Source: a virus. Taken from it: 64,000 nt of DNA. The notes beneath the pieces are model-generated. The model was not told the DNA's origin, made no database searches, and worked only from the letters and a program-made list of their open reading frames with translations. Within the stretch, counting starts at the first letter, position 1, and the number at the start of each line of letters is the position of its first letter. Shown piece after piece: positions 56,373-64,000 of this stretch. The DNA lies in the IMG/VR virus record IMGVR_UViG_3300024988_000010; one strand, given 5' to 3'. A program made the translations under genes and the position numbers.

Positions 56373-56639
56373 TCAGGCTTTCACGGCGGACTTGTAGATT
56401 CCTTCGATCACCTGCATGACCGGATCATCGGGATTGGCGGACAAGGTGTAAGACTCGCCGCCGACGAAGACGGTGTAAATCTTCCTGGCAGAGGGATCGG
56501 CCTGCCCGTCCGCGACGGTGGTACACCAGTAATCGCCTTTGTCACCAGGGACGCTGTACCCCACCTCGATCTTCGAGACGTGATCGACGTTGAGGAGCAG
56601 TTCCCTGTCATCGTTCCGCCGGTAAATCCTGACGTACAT
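56373..56639 (-). CDS. hypothetical protein
   Basis: MYVRIYRR...LLLNVDHVSKIEV. GAGGA RBS. Confidence 0.6.
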   Translation of the reverse strand: MYVRIYRRNDDRELLLNVDHVSKIEVGYSVPGDKGDYWCTTVADGQADPSARKIYTVFVGGESYTLSANPDDPVMQVIEGIYKSAVKA

Positions 56640-56818
56640 CGAGTTCCTCGACGAACCAGTTGCTGATGTCCAGCCTTTCTCGCCGAACGATCCTATCCTG
56701 ATCGAGCTGGCAAGGACAGCCGAACACCACAAATAATATCCACGCGCACCTATTTCCTTGCGCGTTCCCCGGCCTACAATACTGGAAACCCGTCCAGCAC
56801 ACCCCGAAGGAGCGCGCC

Positions 56819-57085
56819 ATGAAGCCCCGCCACGCCGACCTGCTCCGCGACATGGGCTGCACCGCCGACCTGGAGACGTTCCGCCGCACGCTCGCCGAGG
56901 TGAAGGGGGAGCTCTTCCCCGACCTCACGGACGAGAACCTGGCGTTCAGCCGCGACCAGGCGGGCGACTACTGCTCGGAGGTGAAGAAGCGGTTGGCCGC
57001 CCCGAAGCTGACGCGGGTGTTCATCCTGAAGGCGCTGGTGGGCCTGCGGAAGAACCGCAAGCGGAAGGCGGGGTCGGCGTCCTGA
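56819..57085 (+). CDS. hypothetical protein
   Basis: 88 aa, AAGGAG RBS, basic C-terminus. Confidence 0.6.
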   Translation: MKPRHADLLRDMGCTADLETFRRTLAEVKGELFPDLTDENLAFSRDQAGDYCSEVKKRLAAPKLTRVFILKALVGLRKNRKRKAGSAS

Positions 57086-57094
57086 CTCCGCCCC

Positions 57095-57370
57095 TCACCC
57101 CTCCCCCAGCATCTCCCGCACCAGCCGCTCCGCCTCGACGCGGATCGGGTGTCGGCCCCGCTCAAAGTCCTCGGCGGTCGAATCCGGCGGCTCGGCCCCC
57201 AGAGCCCGGTAGGCCGCGTCGAGCGAATAGCCCGCGAGGCCCCATTCCTCGGAGCGGACGCGCTCCTCGGCGTCCCACAGGTGGGATTCGGCGGCCCGCT
57301 CCGCCCGCGTGTCCGAATCGCCGGTCGCGTAGATTTCGGCCAGGGCCTTCGTCGCCTTCTCGGTGGTCAT
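57095..57370 (-). CDS. hypothetical protein
   Basis: MTTEKATKALAEIY..., GGAGG RBS. Confidence 0.55.
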   Translation of the reverse strand: MTTEKATKALAEIYATGDSDTRAERAAESHLWDAEERVRSEEWGLAGYSLDAAYRALGAEPPDSTAEDFERGRHPIRVEAERLVREMLGEG

Positions 57371-57516
57371 GTCGGGTCCCTCCGCGTGGGAGTATGCCGC
57401 ACGATCGGGGAGGAAGGCGGCCGGGTCCGGCCCACGGGGCCGTCCGGGAGGCCCGGCCGAGATCGCAGCCGGGGGCGTGGCCGCCCCGTTCACATCAGGG
57501 GAGAGGAATCCCTGGA

Positions 57517-57630
57517 TGCAGGAAATCTGCAGGAAATCCCCGGCGAATGCAGGAAAATCACGGGATTCCTGGGATCCATGGAAATCCGCAAATCGTTACG
57601 GCTGTTGATTTTGCGGCCTTCTCGAGCTTA
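57517..57630. repeat. candidate right attachment region with three TGCAGGAAA(T/A) direct repeats
   Basis: Copies at 57517, 57528 and 57548, next to the composition switch into GC-richer DNA. Confidence 0.5.
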
Positions 57631-59521
57631 AGTGTTCTTCCATCTTGTGCATGCCGACGACGCCGACGCCCGCCTGGGCGAGCTGGGCGCCGAGGTACTT
57701 GAGGCCGCGTCCGGGGGGGATCTTGAGGACGACCTCGGCGCCGTCCTTCAGGAAGGTGATGGGGGCCCAGTTCGCGAGGCGGAGGCCGGCCTTCGCGGCG
57801 AGGGGGCGGGCGACCTCGGCGAGCTGGCCGAGGGTCATGCGGGCCAGGGCCTCCGGGGTCCGCTTCAAGACCTGGTAGACGCCGCCGGCCGAGCGGACGG
57901 CCCACCAGCGGGCGACCTGGCGGGCGGCGTCGGCGGACTCGCGGGCGCCGGCCTTGGCGGCGGATTCGAGGCCCGCCTTCGACGCCTCGCGGGCGGTGGC
58001 CTTCATCTCGGTGCGGGCGGCCTCGACGGCGGCGGCCGCGCCGGGCTGGAGCGCGGCCAGGCTGAGGACGTCGGTCACGACGAAGCAGGCGTCCAGGAGG
58101 GCCCAGGCGGCCTCGCCGGTGGTCGGGGCGTAGCCGCGGCGGAGGACGTCGCCCAGGTGGAGCATGTCGTAGAGGGGGAGGAACTGGTAGAAGCGCAGGT
58201 CGGCGTCGGAGAGGCTCGCCACCCGATCCAGGCCGTCGGCCCGGATCGTCCGGATCACGGACTGGCCGTCGTCGCCCGTCAGGTAGAGGGCGGCCTTCGC
58301 CAGCTTCTCCTTCCAGGAGGTCTGGCCCTTGGCCTGGAGATGGGCCAGGTTCTCCGGGCCGGCGTCGGCGCGGGCGATGGGGGGGATGACGCCAGGGCCG
58401 TAGGAGCGGAGGACGTCGCGGAAGTCGGGGTCGGAGGCGTACTTCTCCAGCATGGCCAGGGCCATCGCGCCGTGCTCGGCGATGGCCGCGGCGGCCTGGC
58501 GGCGGAGGGCGGGGTCGGTGTAGGAGTCGAAGACCACGTCGGCGGCGTCCGCCCCCCCCTTCGCCAGGGCGCGGTCGCCCAGGGGGCCGAACTCGACCGA
58601 GAGCCGCAGGCCGTTCGGGCTGCCGCCGGCCTGCGCGACGAGGTCGGCCGCCTTGACGTGCGCCAGCTGCCGCGCGACCGTCTCCGGCCGGTGGGTCTGG
58701 AGCTGCTCGTCCACGAACCCGGCGTTCACCCGCAGCAGGACGAGGCTCTCGTCGAGCGGCGCCGCCGTCCCCAGGGCCTCCAGCACGGGGCCGTACAGGA
58801 ACACCAGGGCGAACCCCTCCATGCCGTGCAGGCGGAAGGCTTCGAGGGCGAGCGTCGGGTGGGCCTCGACCGTCCGCAGCGCCGAGCGCAGGTCCGCGGC
58901 GCCGTGCTCCAGGCTGACCAGGCTGAGGAGGACCAGGCGGTCGACCAGCGTCGCGTCGCCGTCGCTCGTCGCCATCAGCTCGGCGACGCCCGCGGGCTCC
59001 GCGAGGATCAGCGGCAGCGCGGAGGGGTGCTTCGCGGCCAGCCGTCGTTGCGAAGGGGTCAGGCCCGCCAGCTCGGCGATGAGGATCTTGCGATCGGTGT
59101 CGTCGGCCCGCTTCAGGCCGAAGTATTCCCGCCAATGGAGCAGGAGGTCGGCCGCGGCGTCGTCGTCCAGCAGGTCGCGGAGCGTGCGGAACTCGGTGGG
59201 GTGTTTCTCGTAGAGGAACAGGGCCTCCAGGTCCAGCCGGTCCAGGAGCTTCAGCCCGCGGAGGCCGTCGGACCGCTCCACGGCCACGGCGTTGCGGCGG
59301 TAGCGCTCGACCGAGCGGGCCACGAGGTCGCGGACCTCGGGGGCGGCGTCCGCATAGCGGGCGACGAGCGCGTCCTCCTCGGAGCCGACGGGGGCGGCCG
59401 GGGCCTGGGCCGTCGCGGGGCCGTCGTCGGGGCGCGCGGGGGGCGGGGCGGGTTTGAAGGCCAGCTTGACCATCACCCCGAGCGCGGCGAGGAGGACGAC
59501 GACCGCGAAGGTTCGCTTCAT
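57596..59521 (-). CDS. host hypothetical protein with an N-terminal signal/anchor
   Basis: Starts MKRTFAVVVLLAALGVMV. 641 aa, very GC-rich codons. Confidence 0.8.
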   Translation of the reverse strand: MKRTFAVVVLLAALGVMVKLAFKPAPPPARPDDGPATAQAPAAPVGSEEDALVARYADAAPEVRDLVARSVERYRRNAVAVERSDGLRGLKLLDRLDLEALFLYEKHPTEFRTLRDLLDDDAAADLLLHWREYFGLKRADDTDRKILIAELAGLTPSQRRLAAKHPSALPLILAEPAGVAELMATSDGDATLVDRLVLLSLVSLEHGAADLRSALRTVEAHPTLALEAFRLHGMEGFALVFLYGPVLEALGTAAPLDESLVLLRVNAGFVDEQLQTHRPETVARQLAHVKAADLVAQAGGSPNGLRLSVEFGPLGDRALAKGGADAADVVFDSYTDPALRRQAAAAIAEHGAMALAMLEKYASDPDFRDVLRSYGPGVIPPIARADAGPENLAHLQAKGQTSWKEKLAKAALYLTGDDGQSVIRTIRADGLDRVASLSDADLRFYQFLPLYDMLHLGDVLRRGYAPTTGEAAWALLDACFVVTDVLSLAALQPGAAAAVEAARTEMKATAREASKAGLESAAKAGARESADAARQVARWWAVRSAGGVYQVLKRTPEALARMTLGQLAEVARPLAAKAGLRLANWAPITFLKDGAEVVLKIPPGRGLKYLGAQLAQAGVGVVGMHKMEEHLSSRRPQNQQP

Positions 59522-59823
59522 GGGAGGACCGGCCTCGTGGTGGTGGGCCCGGCAGAGGATGCGCACGGCGGCTGGGGACCCGGCGGAGGCTCCCCCGCCC
59601 GGTCCATGCAATTGTCCGCCACGCCGCGGCGTTCGTCAATTCGACCCGGCCCGGACGCCTTCGGATGCGACGGGTCGTGACCGATCCGACGATCGGCCGG
59701 GCGCGGGAGCCCTGGGCAGGGCCGGCGCGACTCCTTAGAATCGATGCGCCCCTCCCCCCGCGCCGTCGAGGTCGACCCGCGGTCAAGCATGGCGCCACCC
59801 ATGAACCGAGGACGCCCAGCCCT

Positions 59824-61332
<1,509 letters not shown>

Positions 61333-61944
61333 CCTCGCCTCGCCCCGGCGCGGACGGCTCCGTTCGCGCCGGAATCTGGGTTCGATCGCGGGAAGGGCCC
61401 TTCCCAACCGAACAACCGAAACTCATTAACCCCAAATGGTTGCGACACCCCCAACTTGGGTCCGATCGTCGTTTTCGACGTCGCGCCCGGCAACCTCTCC
61501 GGCTCCACACGCCTCGCCTCCGGGCCCGAACGACCCCGGGCGGCGCGGCCTCCCCTCCATCTACCCCGGCGGCGACGCCGCTCCACCCCGGGGTGGCCCT
61601 CGAACCGACCGGATTGTCAAGGAGCGCGGCATCCCGTCTCCCCGATGATCCGCGGACGTTGCGTCGAGATTCCACGATTCCCGGATTTTCGTTGAACCCG
61701 AGGCCGACGCCGTCAAAAATGTCGGGACCCGATCCCTTGAAAGCGGCACCAGCCTGTACTCTTTAACGTCCCCTCGGTCACCACGTCCTGGAATGCCCTT
61801 ATATGTTGCGTCCACCCGCTGAATCTCAAAATCCTCTCATTAATGAGACTCGTCGATCTCATCGGTGTGAGCCGGTCTGATATAATCGGGAAGACGTATG
61901 GGCCTTGGGATCAATGCCACTCATCCCCGAACATCAGGTGAACC

Positions 61945-62811
61945 ATGAGACTCTGCTTCACGGGTGCTTTAAGCATGACTTTGGCTTGGGCTTTCGTCAC
62001 GCTGCCAGGGTCGGCCGCGATAGGCCAGGAATTGATTCTCACGCTTCGGGGCGGGGGGCCGATCCGGGACATCGCGGTCGGAGCGAACGGCGACGTCTGG
62101 GTCGTGGACAAGAACCGAAACGGGACAAACCCGGGCGGTGGGCTCATCCGGAAATGGACCGGCGGCACCACATGGGACACCATCGTCGATGTCGGGGCGA
62201 GCGCGATTGGCGTCGGGCCAAAAGGTCAGGTCTGGCTGGTGAATGAGCCCGGCCACGTCCACACACTGTTCAAAGATCCGCCTGCACCGACCACCACCAC
62301 CGTATATCTTCACGTATATGCAATCGTCGGGCGCCCGATCTACCATACCGGTGTTGAGGTCCTCGGAGTTGAGTACTACTGGGACTCCGACAACAAGGTC
62401 CACACTTGCGCCCCGCGCGGCATGGATCTGCCGTTTCTCCGAACTAGTCCGCGTGTCGTGGCGAAGGATGCGGTATGGGTAAAGACCGTTTTGGATGCTA
62501 CGATCGCGCGTTGGAACGATGGGAAACCGTACAGCTTGCTCGACCGCAACTGTAACCACTTCAGTGACGACTTGCTCAGAAATCTCGGGACGAACGGAGT
62601 TGATGATGTCTACCTGGAGTCCGATGGACTTCGGCTACTCGCCTCGCGGATTCCTGGCAGCGCGTCCATCACGGAATTGATGAAGAAGGCAGATGGGCGT
62701 GCGGAAGATAAGGCGCTCTGGGACGACATTAAGAAGCTCACGCCCTATTCCGACGCATTGGAATATGGTGCAACGCGCGTCCTTCGGGTTCGAGACAAGA
62801 TCTGGAGATGA
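61945..62811 (+). CDS. secreted protein with tectonin-like repeats and a PPPDE/DeSI-like peptidase domain
   Basis: Signal peptide. IAVGANGDVWVV and IGVGPKGQVWLV repeats. YHTGVEV and YSLLDRNCNHF motifs. Confidence 0.75.
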   Translation: MRLCFTGALSMTLAWAFVTLPGSAAIGQELILTLRGGGPIRDIAVGANGDVWVVDKNRNGTNPGGGLIRKWTGGTTWDTIVDVGASAIGVGPKGQVWLVNEPGHVHTLFKDPPAPTTTTVYLHVYAIVGRPIYHTGVEVLGVEYYWDSDNKVHTCAPRGMDLPFLRTSPRVVAKDAVWVKTVLDATIARWNDGKPYSLLDRNCNHFSDDLLRNLGTNGVDDVYLESDGLRLLASRIPGSASITELMKKADGRAEDKALWDDIKKLTPYSDALEYGATRVLRVRDKIWR

Positions 62812-62908
62812 TCCGAAGATGGCGCAGCGGAGCCATGTGAACCTCACCTGCCTTGATAAGGGTCCCAGCCCCATCCGGGCGGTCACACACGCCAAGAAAC
62901 AAGCTGAT

Positions 62909-63153
62909 CGTCACGGATTTTGGGGGGGCGACAAGAATCGTCTTCCCCCCTCGCGGGGGAAGACAGACCGCGAAGCGGTCAGATGAGGGGGACGCGAAGC
63001 GCGGAGGCCGTGGGGATCCGATGGCCCGCCCGGGACGGCCGTCGCGCAGTCCGACCGCCGTCTCGCTCGTCGTCCCCCTCATCCGGCCCTGCGGGCCACC
63101 TTCCCCCGCCAGGGGGGAAGGCCGTCATGACGACCCCCCCAAAATCCGTGACG
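62909..63153. mobile_element. MITE-like element with 20-bp terminal inverted repeats and an internal REP-like palindrome
   Basis: CGTCACGGATTTTGGGGGGG (62909-62928) and its exact reverse complement (63134-63153). Confidence 0.7.
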
Positions 63154-63156
63154 GCC

Positions 63157-63421
63157 AGGAAACAAGGCCATGGAGCAACGGCACTTGCGATCGTCCCATC
63201 GAACGGAGGCGGAGCCGCACGATGGGCATGCGACGCCGTCGGGCCACCTCATGTCGCGGATGGTCCGGAAGCACTTGGCGTCGTCGAAGAGGTCCTGGAT
63301 GTTCACCATGACGGGGGGACTCGCGGCTCCGATTGCGGCGGCGGTCAAGGTCGTCCGAGACGTGCGATCCTACCGGATCCGACCGCCGCTCGCCCCATCA
63401 CCCCGGAATCCGTCATGAGCC
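63157..63421 (-). pseudogene. N-terminal remnant of an IS1595-like transposase
   Basis: MVNIQDLFDDAKCFRTIRDMRWPDGVACPSCGS zinc ribbon (ATG 63309), truncated. Related end sequence at 63399-63421. Confidence 0.7.
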
Positions 63422-64000
63422 GTTCAATTTTCGGACGGAATCGGGCGCGACGGCCGATGACGCCAGGCGTTCCTCCAGCATCCCTGTGACCTGTTCCCGC
63501 TCCTCAGACGGCCTGGACTGCATCAGGTTCTTCGAGCCCTGCAACATCGTCTTCAGGATTTTGAGTGGCGGCGTCGGCGCGAGATCGAAATACAGGCGTA
63601 GGACGGCCGGCCCGCCGAAGGTGGCGGCGCCCAGCCAGTCGTATTCCGTCGGCAGGTAGCGTCCGCGCGCCAGGAGCAGTTCGACGACCCTGGCGTGGCG
63701 GTTGCAGCCGCCGAGCCCCACCAGACCGCTCGCCCCGCGATCGATCAGGAAGGCGACGACCTTCGCCGCTCCTGCGTCGGCCGCACGCTGGAGGAGCGAG
63801 TGGCCGGTGGACTCGTCGGACTCGTCGAGCTTGCCCGGCGACAGGGATTCGACATACCGTCGCGCCGCGTCGACGTCGTCGCGTTCGAGGATTCCTCGCA
63901 CCGCGGCCCGTTCCTGCGACTCGGGTTCCTGGTGGAGCTTCGCGATGAACGCGCCGAAGCGGGTCGCGACCTTGCGCCAGTCGGCCTCGGTCTCGTCCGA
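63413..64000 (-). CDS. ankyrin-repeat protein, 5' end beyond the window
   Basis: Frame open to base 64000. GHSLLQRAADAGAAKVVAFLIDRGA and VVELLLARG. Confidence 0.7.
   Translation of the reverse strand, partial: SDETEADWRKVATRFGAFIAKLHQEPESQERAAVRGILERDDVDAARRYVESLSPGKLDESDESTGHSLLQRAADAGAAKVVAFLIDRGASGLVGLGGCNRHARVVELLLARGRYLPTEYDWLGAATFGGPAVLRLYFDLAPTPPLKILKTMLQGSKNLMQSRPSEEREQVTGMLEERLASSAVAPDSVRKLNGS

Larger units (their letters stand above)
1..57630. mobile_element. prophage (contractile-tailed); left end outside the window
   Basis: Collinear terminase, portal, MCP, sheath, tube, tape measure, baseplate and lysis genes, plus replication and recombination modules. Confidence 0.92.

Noticed and set aside
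57558-59798. 746-aa and 682-aa forward ORFs over the host gene
   Set aside because: Antisense shadows. The reverse-strand ORF has a signal peptide and normal amino-acid composition.

Overview
About the first 57.6 kb is a prophage whose left end and integrase lie upstream of the window. The last 6.4 kb is GC-richer flanking DNA: a hypothetical gene, pyruvate kinase, a PPPDE-peptidase gene, an IS remnant and an ankyrin gene. The prophage contains, in order: (1) an early arm with ParB-like, DNA methyltransferase and PAPS-reductase-like genes plus small ORFs behind repeated hairpin/RBS leaders; (2) a RecE-like/Sak4-like/SSB recombination operon; (3) O-like replication genes; (4) an apparently uninterrupted contractile-tail (myovirus-type) packaging, head, tail and baseplate module; (5) a lysis cassette; (6) about 12 kb of right-arm cargo. 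The flanking genes and right-arm cargo look planctomycete-like (Isosphaeraceae-like), while SSB and ParB look alphaproteobacterial; this is inference from remembered family features, and no database search was run. The most notable observations are: a LAGLIDADG endonuclease domain embedded in-frame in the methyltransferase without intein motifs; a promoter-equipped phosphoesterase plus RlaP-like nucleotidyltransferase plus HTH unit; a 901-aa low-GC orphan nuclease; an orphan iteron/AT-rich array; repeated leader cassettes and a cloverleaf-like structured element; an unannotated -1 frameshift product; a signal-peptide-bearing fibre-like protein; and a divergent SRAP-like gene next to a Y-family polymerase. 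All product calls come from motif recognition by eye.
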